Source: an uncultured delta proteobacterium (GTDB taxonomy: Bacteria > Myxococcota_A > Polyangia > Polyangiales > B10-G4). From it: 64,000 bases of DNA. Under the pieces are notes generated by a model. It ran no database searches, was not told the DNA's origin, and saw only the letters and a list, made by a program, of their open reading frames with translations. This document shows positions 28,370 to 37,496 of the stretch, one piece after another. The position numbers and the translations under genes are program-made. The DNA lies in assembly GCA_963727445.1 (NCBI GenBank), contig CAVSGI010000010.1:736001-800000 (forward strand), read 5' to 3'. How positions within the stretch are numbered: position 1 is the stretch's first letter; each line of letters opens with the position of its first letter.

Positions 28370-29344
28370 ATGGCATCCCCAATCGAAGCCCGAGAGAAGA
28401 TCATGGTCGTGGACGACGACAAGAACGGCCGGGAAGGGCTGTCGGACCTGCTCGAAGAGGAGGGCTTCGTCGTCACCGCCGCCACCGATGGCGCCGAGGC
28501 GCTGGCGCTCTTCGCGGACTTTCGTCCCGACCTCGTCCTGAGCGACATCTGCATGCCGAACATGAACGGGCTCGCGCTCGCGCGCGCCCTTCGCGCTTCG
28601 CCGCGGATGGCGGACACCCCCCTCATCCTACTGTCCGCCAGGCACGAAAAGGCGCGGCGCCTCGAGGCGCTGGAAGCCGGCGCCGACGACTTCGTGGCGA
28701 AGCCGCTGGAGCTGGACGAGCTCCTGGCCCGAGTTCGCGCGCACCTCCGACGCGCGCGCCGGCATTCGCAGGTCGTGCGGATGAGCATCATCGACGAGCT
28801 CACCTCCATCCTGAACCGCCGCGGTCTCTTCGAATTGCTCACGCAGGAGATCGCGCGCGCGAACGAGGACGGCACGCCGCTCTCGGTGCTCTACGTGGAC
28901 GTCGACGGCTTCAAGAAGGTCAACGACGACTACGGCCACGCGGCCGGCGACGAGGTGCTCAAGCGAACCGCGGACCTCCTGCAGGAGACCGCGCCGAAGA
29001 GCGCCTTCGTCGGCCGGCTCGGCGGAGACGAGCTCGTCGTCCTGCTCCCGCGATGCGACGGATGGGGCGCTGCTGCCCTCGCCGCCCGCGTGCGCTCGGT
29101 CGAAGGCCCGGACGGCAGCCGCATCACCCTCTCGGTCGGCGTCGCCACGCTTCAACCCGGCGAAACCGCGGACGACCTCATCGGCCGCGCCGACGAGCGC
29201 ATGTACGAGGAGAAGATCGCCGCGAAGGAGAAGGGACGCGGGCGCTCACCGAAAGCGGACACGAGCTACGTGCGCGTCCCGGGGCGGCAGACGCGCCGGC
29301 AGTCGCGCAATGGCTGGCGAGTCGGGGCGAAGAAGACCGGGTGA
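28370..29344 (+). CDS. Response-regulator diguanylate cyclase (REC-GGDEF)
   Basis: VVDDD, SDICMP, GADDFVAKP; DELTSILNRR, DVDGFKKVND, RLGGDEL. Confidence 0.9.
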   Translation: MASPIEAREKIMVVDDDKNGREGLSDLLEEEGFVVTAATDGAEALALFADFRPDLVLSDICMPNMNGLALARALRASPRMADTPLILLSARHEKARRLEALEAGADDFVAKPLELDELLARVRAHLRRARRHSQVVRMSIIDELTSILNRRGLFELLTQEIARANEDGTPLSVLYVDVDGFKKVNDDYGHAAGDEVLKRTADLLQETAPKSAFVGRLGGDELVVLLPRCDGWGAAALAARVRSVEGPDGSRITLSVGVATLQPGETADDLIGRADERMYEEKIAAKEKGRGRSPKADTSYVRVPGRQTRRQSRNGWRVGAKKTG

Positions 29345-29450
29345 GGGCGAACGAGCCTCGAACGCGAGGAGCCGGCCCGGCGGCGGGAAACGCACACCGC
29401 CCGGCTGGTCAGAGCCTACCGGGTACTAGGTGGCCGGTCAGGAGAGTGCA

Positions 29451-29795
29451 ATGAGCAACGAACGAGTGGCACCCGAGACGCGCGGTGTGGCTGTGGAGAT
29501 GCTTGCAACGCTCGACCTGGGCCTCGAAATCGAGGGCATGGCCGGACGACAACTTCGAATGCGAATGGTCACCATCGAGCCCGGAGGCGTCTTCGGCCCG
29601 ATGCACGACCACGAGGACAGGCCGGGCATCGTCTACATCCTTCGAGGAACGATCACCGACCATCGCGACGGGCGCGCGACCGACTATGGGCCAGGAGTCG
29701 GCTGGCCCGAGGACCGCAACACCAATCACTGGCTCGAGAACCGAGGCACGGTTCCGGCGGTGGAGATCTCGGTGGACATCGTGCGGCAGGAGTGA
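29451..29795 (+). CDS. Cupin domain protein
   Basis: EPGGVFGPMHDHEDRPG..HWLENRG; AGGAG SD. Confidence 0.85.
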   Translation: MSNERVAPETRGVAVEMLATLDLGLEIEGMAGRQLRMRMVTIEPGGVFGPMHDHEDRPGIVYILRGTITDHRDGRATDYGPGVGWPEDRNTNHWLENRGTVPAVEISVDIVRQE

Positions 29796-29858
29796 CGACG
29801 TGCCCGCGCGGGCGATCCGCCTGCCTGGTTTGCGACGCCAGCCGCCTGTAGAGTCGCC

Positions 29859-30284
29859 ATGATGAGGGTCGGAATCACTCTGGTAGCGCTGGGCTTCCTC
29901 GCTGCGGTGGGCTGTGGCGGAAGCGCCGAAGTACGAACCTGCGACCCCGAGAGCGCATGCACGTGCACCGACGGCGTCGAACGCGCGACCGCGTGCACCT
30001 GCGCCGGCGGGTCGAGTTGCACCATCGACGGCGACGACATCGAGTTTCAGTGCGAAGGCAACGCCGCCTGCGGCCTGACCTGTGGCGCAGACTGCCTCAT
30101 CACGTGCCCGGGAACGACGAGCTGCACAGTCACCGTCGGCGATCGCGGCGAGGTCACCTGCCCCGGCACCGCTACCTGCGACATCACCTGTCTCGGTGAT
30201 TGCACCGTCGACGTGGCCGGGGCGGCGACCGCCAACGTCGACTGCGTCCACGAAGCCGATGGCGCCGTCTGCATGGTCAACTGA
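29859..30284 (+). CDS. Small Cys-rich repeat lipoprotein
   Basis: AAVGC lipobox; 19 Cys in CxGxxxCxxxC-like units. Confidence 0.75.
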   Translation: MMRVGITLVALGFLAAVGCGGSAEVRTCDPESACTCTDGVERATACTCAGGSSCTIDGDDIEFQCEGNAACGLTCGADCLITCPGTTSCTVTVGDRGEVTCPGTATCDITCLGDCTVDVAGAATANVDCVHEADGAVCMVN

Positions 30285-30350
30285 GCAGCGGGCGACGCCT
30301 CGCCTGTCGCGCCGCGTCCATCTAGACCGACCGCCCGGCTCGCGAGTCCC

Positions 30351-31349
30351 TCAACCGCCTTCCCACGCGGCGGCATCGTTTTCCGAATCGTCGGCGCCAT
30401 CGTCCGCTGGCTCGGCAGCATCGGCCGGCGCGGGAGCCGGGGCAGGCTGGACGGCGGGCGGCGAAGGCCCCGGTGGAGGGGTCGGCGTCGGCGCCGGGGG
30501 AGCGGGAGCCGCGGTGCTCGGCGGGGGACCCGATGTCACGCGACCTCCGGGAGGCATGGCGAGGTTTCCAGGGCGCCGGAACTCGATGAGATTCAGGAGC
30601 GTATCCAGGTCGCCGAGGTCGCGCCCGAAGTCATCGGGGTGTGCCGCGTAGCCGACGATCAGCAGCACGGGGTAGACGTACGGGCTCGCCCCCTGTTGCA
30701 GCTTCCAGTGGGCGTTCGTGCGGACCAGGACGACCCGGACGCGTTCGAAGCTCGCGTCCTGGGACATCTGCAGCTGGTCGACGTTGGCCACGTCGAACGT
30801 CACTTCGTACGCCGGGAAGCCCGACACGACGAAAGGGTGTTCCTCGAGCACGCGCGTCGCGAAACGGCGTTCGACTCCCACCGCGACCGGGCCGATCTGC
30901 ACGTTGACGTAGCCTGCGCCTGCCACGGACTCGACATACTCACGCGCGATCACGCGCAGCTCGCTGTCCCGGCGTTGATTGCCCAGCGGCACCGACCGCA
31001 CGAAGAGCTCGGCGTTGCGCTGACGGTGAACCAACTTGAGATCGTAGCGCAGGACCCGCTCTCGATGATCGATGCGACCGTCGTCCTGATGGTCGAGGGC
31101 GACGGTGGAGAGATACCCAGCGCTCTCCTTCGGTTTCGGCGGCGATGTCGACATGGCGAAGTTGTCGATCCGCCACGCGGGCGACACGAATCCGTACCCG
31201 CTCGGATTGTCGGATCGGATACGGAAGCTCGCGCGGTTCTCGTACACGCCGTCTTTGCGGAGCTCCAGCCACGTCGGCCCACAACCCGAGCTCGTCGCCA
31301 TGCTCGCGAGCAAGACGACGTAGGTGAGCACCCCCTTCACCCCTTGCAT
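30351..31349 (-). CDS. Hypothetical lipoprotein with Pro-rich C-terminus
   Basis: Signal ending TSSGC; coherent ORF with GC3-rich codon use. Confidence 0.7.
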   Translation of the reverse strand: MQGVKGVLTYVVLLASMATSSGCGPTWLELRKDGVYENRASFRIRSDNPSGYGFVSPAWRIDNFAMSTSPPKPKESAGYLSTVALDHQDDGRIDHRERVLRYDLKLVHRQRNAELFVRSVPLGNQRRDSELRVIAREYVESVAGAGYVNVQIGPVAVGVERRFATRVLEEHPFVVSGFPAYEVTFDVANVDQLQMSQDASFERVRVVLVRTNAHWKLQQGASPYVYPVLLIVGYAAHPDDFGRDLGDLDTLLNLIEFRRPGNLAMPPGGRVTSGPPPSTAAPAPPAPTPTPPPGPSPPAVQPAPAPAPADAAEPADDGADDSENDAAAWEGG

Positions 31350-31634
31350 CGTCCAACCCTACAGGAGGTAGCTATTCGGTTTCCAGTTCCCATCGAGAGG
31401 TCCGCCGTTCCCTGAGGGATTCGGACGCGGTTCGTCGTGCGTGCGTCGGACATCCTGATCCAGCGGCGGTGCAGGCGGGCGCTGCTCGACGATGAACGTA
31501 TCGCCCCAGAACATCCGGACGATCGACGCTCTTTTGGGCGAGGCGACGCGTGCTTCGTCTCGCGACGGTGCACGCGGCGGCACTTCGTGCTCGCGCCCGA
31601 CCTTGGTGGGCATCGTGGCACCACGTCCAGGCCG

Positions 31635-31793
31635 TCCGGTCACATCGGCCGACGTTACGCTCAACCCTCCGAGTTGTGACCGCTATCCGGTCACATCGGC
31701 CGACGTCGCGCCCAACCAACGGAGTTGTGACCGCTATCCGGTCACATCGGCCGACGTCGCGCCCAACCAGCGGAGTTGTGACCGCTATCCGGT
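31635..31793. repeat. Three tandem 51-bp units with a palindromic core TGTGACCG-CTATC-CGGTCACA (REP-like)
   Basis: TCCGGT starts at 31635, 31686, 31737 and 31788. Confidence 0.9.
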
Positions 31794-31870
31794 GCCCGGA
31801 TGAAATCGCGCGAACCTCTGCCCCTTGGCTCGTCGCCTCCTCCGAGCACGCTCCTGTCCGCTCGCCGACG

Positions 31871-32134
31871 CTAAGGGCACGCGCCCCCGGAGTCTTCGAT
31901 ACAGGATCCCGGCCCGCACGTGTAGCCGGGAGGACAATCGCAACCCCCTGCCGGGGCGCACTCCTGAGAGCAGAAGTAGCCATCGGCTCCAATCCGGCAA
32001 ATGTCCGAAATGCACTCCGTGTCCGACGAGCACGACTCGCCGAACACCTTGGTCGGTTCGGGATCCGAGCCACACGACACCAGGACCATCGAATAGGTCA
32101 TCACGATCACAGCAATGGTTCTCTTCATGTTCAT
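31871..32134 (-). CDS. Small Cys-rich lipoprotein
   Basis: MKRTIAVIVMTYSMVLVSC, GESCSSDTECISDIC..CSQEC. Confidence 0.65.
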   Translation of the reverse strand: MNMKRTIAVIVMTYSMVLVSCGSDPEPTKVFGESCSSDTECISDICRIGADGYFCSQECAPAGGCDCPPGYTCGPGSCIEDSGGACP

Positions 32135-32374
32135 CCCTCAGTCGATGTCGGGAGGAGCTTGCGCAACGACGCCGCCAGAAGTGAGCAGCACGACGACGAA
32201 TGCGGCCCGGGCCGCGGGCCTCGCATGCGCGAATTCCGCCGCTTTCGCGACACGCGCGCCTCTTCTCCCACCCATGGGAGCAGCATTGCGTTCAGGGCCC
32301 CGCTCCTGGTCGATCGATATCACCCACCCGGAAGATTGAGCCACCTGGCCCAATCTCACCCGTGCATCAGGAAT

Positions 32375-33133
32375 TCACTTGACGCCGCGATCCGGGCGCG
32401 CCCTCAGCAATCCCCAGAGGCTCAGGTCGCTCGCGCCTTCGACGAGGCTGAGGATCTCCCAGACGTCGGCGATGGTCTCGATGTCGAGGGCGTCGAGGAG
32501 GGGCTTCTGTAGACGCTTGCGGGTGCCGCGGGAGACGCCGAGGCGTTCGTCGAGGGACTCGTTGCCGAAGAAGAGGTACTGCTGCACCAGGACCTTGTGC
32601 CAGTCGGTGAGGCGGTGGTCGGGGTCGGGGTCAGATTGAAAGTACGCGATGATCTTGTCGAGGCTCTGCTGATACGAAGGCCACTTCGCGACCATCCGGA
32701 AGTAACGGCGCAGCTCCGTTCCTTCGCCGGGCTTCGAGCGGAAGATCGCGCCCAGACGACAAGGGGCGACGATGAGCTGGTCGTCGGTGAGCCCCGACAG
32801 GACGAGCGCGGCGGTGAAGCTCACCAGGTCCTCGCGCGCGCGCCGCAGGAAGTCGAGACCGTCGCCGCCCTCGCCCAGGTTGACGTCGATGAGCATGCCG
32901 GCGACGTCGTTCGACTCCAAGAAAGCGAGCGCGCCGTCGGCGGTGGTCTCGACGTGGGTACGTGCGCCCATCCGCCGCGCCGCGCGCCCGTGCGAGCTCG
33001 CGACGACCGGCATGTCCTCGACGATCAGAAGCAGACCGGACTCCGAACGGACCGCGGCATGGCGCATGCCGCTGCCGCGTTGTCGCTTGGACTCGTCGAC
33101 CCCTTCAGTCGGCTCGTCGCCCGACTGCCCCAT
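32375..33133 (-). CDS. Response regulator (receiver plus degenerate HTH)
   Basis: LIVED, MLIDVNL..DGLDFL, VLSG, SKP; start uncertain. Confidence 0.75.
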   Translation of the reverse strand: MGQSGDEPTEGVDESKRQRGSGMRHAAVRSESGLLLIVEDMPVVASSHGRAARRMGARTHVETTADGALAFLESNDVAGMLIDVNLGEGGDGLDFLRRAREDLVSFTAALVLSGLTDDQLIVAPCRLGAIFRSKPGEGTELRRYFRMVAKWPSYQQSLDKIIAYFQSDPDPDHRLTDWHKVLVQQYLFFGNESLDERLGVSRGTRKRLQKPLLDALDIETIADVWEILSLVEGASDLSLWGLLRARPDRGVK

Positions 33134-33189
33134 GTCCCTCAGTATGGACCATTCGCCTCCGCCGGAGAAGGTGCGACTCGACGGCACAC

Positions 33190-34956
33190 TCATTCGCAGG
33201 TGACGGGGCGCTCTCCGGGAAAGCTGACGCGCGGATGGCGGGGATCGAGCTCGTCGCGCGCGCGCACGCGGCCGAGCTCGCTCAATCGCTCGGCGAGACG
33301 ATCCCGCATGAGGTCGCCGCCGAGGATCTCGGCCCGTCCGTCGCGCCAGGCGGCGGTGAGCGTGTCGTTGCCGCCGGTGACGAGGAAGTCGCTCGCGACC
33401 ACCAGGAGCTCGTCGTCGGGGCGGACGCGCCGCCCGTCGTCACGGCGGATCTCGATCTGGAGCGCCCCGTCACGACAGGTCGCGCGCACGCGGACGCCCG
33501 CGTAGCTGTCGAAGGTTCCGGTGGTGGTCAGGTCGTGCCGGATCATCGCCTCGACCTCCGCCCCCGTGAGACGCGCGGTGGCGAGGAGGTTGTCGAAGGG
33601 GAAGACGCCGTGCAGCCCGCCGTAGGTGAGCTCGCCTTCGGGGAGGGACCCGCGGATGCCGCCGCCGTTCATGATCGCCATGTCCGCACCGTCCACGGTG
33701 CTCTCGATCAGATCCGCCAGGAGATTGCCGAGGGCGGACTCCTTCTCGATCTCGTCCGGGAACGCGCCTTGAACGCGCACGCCGAGCTCACGCGCTTCCA
33801 CCGCCGAAGCCCGCTCGAGGTAGGGCGTGATCACGGTCGTCATCGCATCGACGCGCCGGACCGGCGCGCCCTCGTACTCGCCCGCCTCGCAGGTCTCGAA
33901 GGCCGCGTCGTGCTCCTCGCAGAGGAAGCGCGGCGGATAGATCGTCCGCTCGAGGACCTCGCCGTCGCTCGGGCGCACCACCATGTCGACCCGTCCGAAA
34001 GCGATCCCGTAGGCATAGGACTCGATGATCGCGATGCCGTTGACCTCGTGGGCGACGCCGCGATGCGTGTGACCCGCCACGATCAGGTCGACGTAGCCCT
34101 CCGGCAGCGCGCGCGCCACCTCGAAGATCTCCTGGTCGTCCTCGCAGGTGGAGGCGTCGGTCGGATCGGTGCAGTCCTGGCACTTACCGCCGGCGTGCGC
34201 GGAGACGACGACCACGTCCGCTCCCTGTGCCCGCAGGGACTCGGTGTACTCCGTGATGGTCTCGACCAGCGGCCGCATGGCGAGGTCGCGCACGTTGCCC
34301 GACGCCGTCGTGCGCAGCGTCTCGAAGGTGCTGATCCCGATGATGCCGACCTGCACGCCGTCCACGTCGACCATCATCGCTGGCGGCATGTTGTCGTCCC
34401 ACGCGACGCGCTCGCCGGTCTCCGCGACCAGGATGTTCGCCGTCATGATCGGGAATTCCGCCTCGCGGGCGCGCGCGATCAGCGCGCCGCGCGGGTCGTC
34501 TCCATCCCCGGTCGGCGTGGCCGAGTCGCCCACCGGGCCGTAGTCGAACTCGTGGTTGCCCACGGCGGCGGCGGTGTAGTCGAGCGCGTTCATCCCGGCG
34601 ATCACCGATGCGCCCTCGACCAGGTTCGACTCCAGGGTGCCCTGGAACATGTCGCCAGCGTCGATCAACAGCATCGCACCGCCGTCGCGCTCGCGGGCGC
34701 GGCGGAGGTTTTCGAGGTAGCCGGCGAGGAGCGGCAGCGCGCGGATGTGGCCGTGCAGGTCGTTGGTGCCGACGAAAGAGAGGGTGACCGGTGCCGCCGC
34801 TACCTCTTCACCGCCCGCGCCGTTTCCGTTGTCGTGCTCGATGCCGTCGCCGACATCGGTCGCGCCCGAACCGCATCCCATCGCCAGCGCGAAGAGGATC
34901 AGGGCAAGCGAGGCGACGGGAGCATTCTCGAGATGTGCTCTAGCCCTAGCCATCAC
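33190..34956 (-). CDS. 5'-nucleotidase / bifunctional metallophosphatase lipoprotein
   Basis: TNDLHG, DAGDMFQG, GNHEFD, AGHTH, NGGGIR, FPFDN. Confidence 0.92.
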   Translation of the reverse strand: MMARARAHLENAPVASLALILFALAMGCGSGATDVGDGIEHDNGNGAGGEEVAAAPVTLSFVGTNDLHGHIRALPLLAGYLENLRRARERDGGAMLLIDAGDMFQGTLESNLVEGASVIAGMNALDYTAAAVGNHEFDYGPVGDSATPTGDGDDPRGALIARAREAEFPIMTANILVAETGERVAWDDNMPPAMMVDVDGVQVGIIGISTFETLRTTASGNVRDLAMRPLVETITEYTESLRAQGADVVVVSAHAGGKCQDCTDPTDASTCEDDQEIFEVARALPEGYVDLIVAGHTHRGVAHEVNGIAIIESYAYGIAFGRVDMVVRPSDGEVLERTIYPPRFLCEEHDAAFETCEAGEYEGAPVRRVDAMTTVITPYLERASAVEARELGVRVQGAFPDEIEKESALGNLLADLIESTVDGADMAIMNGGGIRGSLPEGELTYGGLHGVFPFDNLLATARLTGAEVEAMIRHDLTTTGTFDSYAGVRVRATCRDGALQIEIRRDDGRRVRPDDELLVVASDFLVTGGNDTLTAAWRDGRAEILGGDLMRDRLAERLSELGRVRARDELDPRHPRVSFPGERPVTCE

Positions 34957-34965
34957 CCGCGCACT

Positions 34966-35769
34966 CTACTCCGCGAGGAGCGCCGCGAACAACGGCTCGG
35001 CGTCGCCCTCGGCGAGGGTGCGCACGGTCATCCCGTTGGCGCAGATCGTCTCGCCGCGCATCACGCGATGCTTGCAGACCAGCGCGCCTTCGGCGGTGCG
35101 GCCCACGGGGGTCGTCTCCACCACGGCCTGCTCCCCCGCCCCGAGACCGGCGCGGAAGGTGAGCGTCTCCGCCACCGGCGAGAGGGCCACCGGCGAAAGC
35201 CCCGCCGCCACCATGCGCCGGCTGATCGCCTCGTCGCAGAAGTCGAGGTAACCGGGGTGGTTCACGTGATCGAGCGGATCCATCGTCGTGTACCAGGGCG
35301 CGAAGGCGAAGCGATGCGTGGGACCCTCGATGGCCTCGTACTCCGGCATCTGAACCGATGGGTCCTCGTCGTGCAGCGGAAAGGCCTCCAGCAGCTCCGA
35401 CCCTGCGCGCGTCGGCTCGAGGGTGGCGCTGGTGTAGACCCACTCCTGGGTCGCTGCCGCCACCGGCCCCCGGTCGCCGAAGAGGCGCACCTCGCGCGTC
35501 GAGAACATCTGCCGGCGAAATCGCGAGACCCAGGTGCGCGCCCGCGTGCCCTCGCCGTACTCGGCCTCGCGGAAATGACGCACGGTCATCGAGCGCACGA
35601 TGAAGGCGGTCTCGGTCTGCCGGTAGCGCATGGGCGGCCAGCCGGCGCGCGTCGACGCCTCGACGGCGGCTTCCTGGATGCAGCGCCACACGTCGGCGGC
35701 GCGCGCCGCGTCACGCGCGGAGAAGGCGTGCCGCGGAAGACGCAGCGGAAATTCCCAGACCGCTTCCAC
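34966..35769 (-). CDS. Acyl-ACP thioesterase-like double hot-dog protein
   Basis: QEAAVEAS, RTWVSRFR, DPLDHVNHPGY. Confidence 0.8.
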   Translation of the reverse strand: MEAVWEFPLRLPRHAFSARDAARAADVWRCIQEAAVEASTRAGWPPMRYRQTETAFIVRSMTVRHFREAEYGEGTRARTWVSRFRRQMFSTREVRLFGDRGPVAAATQEWVYTSATLEPTRAGSELLEAFPLHDEDPSVQMPEYEAIEGPTHRFAFAPWYTTMDPLDHVNHPGYLDFCDEAISRRMVAAGLSPVALSPVAETLTFRAGLGAGEQAVVETTPVGRTAEGALVCKHRVMRGETICANGMTVRTLAEGDAEPLFAALLAE

Positions 35770-35777
35770 GTCGCGGC

Positions 35778-36194
35778 TCAGTGCGTGCGCAGGTTCCAGG
35801 TGCGGGTGACCCGCCCCGAGGTGTCGAAGCCGACGATCAGGACCGGCACGGCGCCGGTGCGACCCTCGCCCATCTGGCCGACGGTGTAGAACCAGTCGTC
35901 GTCCGAGAAGCCGTTCTCGGCGCAGCGCGGATGACGCGAGCAGGGATCGCCGCGGCCGATCGCCTCTTCGAGGTCGTGGCGGAACATCTCGTTCAGCACG
36001 CCGTCGTCGAGGATCTTCTCGACGAGGCGGCTGTTCTCCGCGGCTTCGTCGGGCGTGCTCAGGTTCTTCTGGATGGCCGTGCGGAGCTTCGGCAGCGCCT
36101 CGTCACGCGACATCGGCACCGCGCCGCATGCGGCGAGGAGGACGGTCGCGAGGAGGGAAAGGGCTGTGAGGACGGCGAAGGCATTTGTTCGCAT
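35778..36194 (-). CDS. Hypothetical lipoprotein
   Basis: LLAAC lipobox; DWFYTVG motif reminiscent of BamE/SmpA-like folds. Confidence 0.7.
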   Translation of the reverse strand: MRTNAFAVLTALSLLATVLLAACGAVPMSRDEALPKLRTAIQKNLSTPDEAAENSRLVEKILDDGVLNEMFRHDLEEAIGRGDPCSRHPRCAENGFSDDDWFYTVGQMGEGRTGAVPVLIVGFDTSGRVTRTWNLRTH

Positions 36195-36209
36195 GACGCG
36201 GGAGAATAC

Positions 36210-36512
36210 GGGCACGTGTATGGGGACGCTAGATTGACAATTGACTTACGCCCAACCAAACCTCCCCTGTCCTCCCCAGCGGCCCCTGGCGTAAGTCAAT
36301 TGTCAATCTAGCGTCCCCACAGGGACTTCGCGGCCGATGCCGTGGGGGAGGATCCAGAAGGGGCACGTGTATGGGGACGCTAGATTGACAATTGACTTAC
36401 GCCCAACCAAACCTCCCCTGTCCTCCCCAGCGGCCCCCTGGCGTAAGTCAATTGTCAATCTAGCGTCCCCAGAGGGACTTCGCGGCCGATGCCGTGGGGG
36501 AGGATCCAGAAG
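36210..36512. repeat. Tandem duplication (151 + 152 bp), each copy carrying a 99/100-bp element with perfect 32-bp terminal inverted repeats (REPIN/MITE-like)
   Basis: TGGGGACGCTAGATTGACAATTGACTTACGCC ... GGCGTAAGTCAATTGTCAATCTAGCGTCCCCA at 36221-36319 and 36372-36471. Confidence 0.92.
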
Positions 36513-37486
36513 TGCTCGGCTTCGTCCCAGCGGAAGGCGGCGCGAAAGTCGGCGACGGCCTGGCCGTAGGCTTCGTCGGTCTGCTGGAAGGTGCCGTAGT
36601 GACAGGGCACGGCCGTTCGGGCGCCGAGGATGCGGCTGGCGAGGACGGCCTCGTGCGGCGCGAGGTGGAAGGGCGCCATCAAGGTACGCGGCAGGTACGC
36701 GCCGATCGGCATGATCGCGAGCCGCGTCGGACCGAAGCGTTGGCGCACCTCGTAGAACTGCGGACCGAAGGCGGTGTCACCCGCGTAGAAGATCGGCCCG
36801 CCCGGCCCCTCGAAGAGGTAGCTCACCCAAAGCGTGCGATCGAAATCGCTGAGCCCGCGTCCCGAGAAGTGCTGCGCGGGCGTCGCGCTCACGCGAACGC
36901 CGGGCGCGAGGTCGAGCGCGTCCCACCAATCGAGCGCCACTCCGCCGCCGATCCCCTCCTCCTCGAGGAGCAGGTCCACCCCGAGACCCACGACGATGCG
37001 CGGCGAATGCTCCTCGGCGAGACGGCGCAGCGTCGGCACGTCCATGTGGTCGTAGTGGTTGTGGCTGATCAGCACCACGTCGATGGGCGGTAGGTCGCGA
37101 AAGCGGATCGCCGGCGCGCGCTTGCGCCGCGGACCGGTGCCTTCGAAGGGACCGACGGTCTCGGACCACACCGGATCGGTGAGCACGTTGAGACCCGCCG
37201 TCTGAAAGAGGACCGTCGAATGACCGATGAAGGTGACGCGAAGGGCGTCGCCTTCCACGCGATCGGGCGGCGCTGGCCCCGGCTCCTGCGGGATCACCTC
37301 CGGCCACTCCGGCGGGTCGCGGGTGATCGCCCAACGCATGAAGTCGCCCATGCGGCGCGGCGGGTTCGGCACCTGGTTTTCGAAGAAGTAGCCGCTGAAG
37401 TGGTCGGACTCGGGCCCGCGGTAGCGCGGCGCGGCGACGCAGCTCAAGAGCGGAAACACCGCGAGGGCGACGAGGACGCGGGTCAT
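36455..37486 (-). CDS. MBL-fold metallohydrolase (NAPE-PLD/RomA-like)
   Basis: GHSTV, LTDPVWS, SHNHYDHMD, PAQHFSGR, AGDT, PIGAY, HYGTF. Confidence 0.92.
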   Translation of the reverse strand: MTRVLVALAVFPLLSCVAAPRYRGPESDHFSGYFFENQVPNPPRRMGDFMRWAITRDPPEWPEVIPQEPGPAPPDRVEGDALRVTFIGHSTVLFQTAGLNVLTDPVWSETVGPFEGTGPRRKRAPAIRFRDLPPIDVVLISHNHYDHMDVPTLRRLAEEHSPRIVVGLGVDLLLEEEGIGGGVALDWWDALDLAPGVRVSATPAQHFSGRGLSDFDRTLWVSYLFEGPGGPIFYAGDTAFGPQFYEVRQRFGPTRLAIMPIGAYLPRTLMAPFHLAPHEAVLASRILGARTAVPCHYGTFQQTDEAYGQAVADFRAAFRWDEAEHFWILPHGIGREVPLGTLD

Positions 37487-37496
37487 CGAAGGGGGA

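Noticed and set aside
31635..31793. CRISPR array
   Set aside because: Linkers are only 15 nt and nearly identical to each other, there are only three units, and no cas genes lie in the window
32962..35889. Long 975-aa plus-strand ORF and similar long Arg/Pro-rich ORFs (e.g. 629-2311, 12362-14272, 46694-49456)
   Set aside because: Antisense or alternate-frame shadows of recognisable genes, expected in high-GC DNA; no motifs
36210..36512. CRISPR array or autonomous IS element
   Set aside because: The repeats are inverted, the internal segments are near-identical and no transposase is encoded
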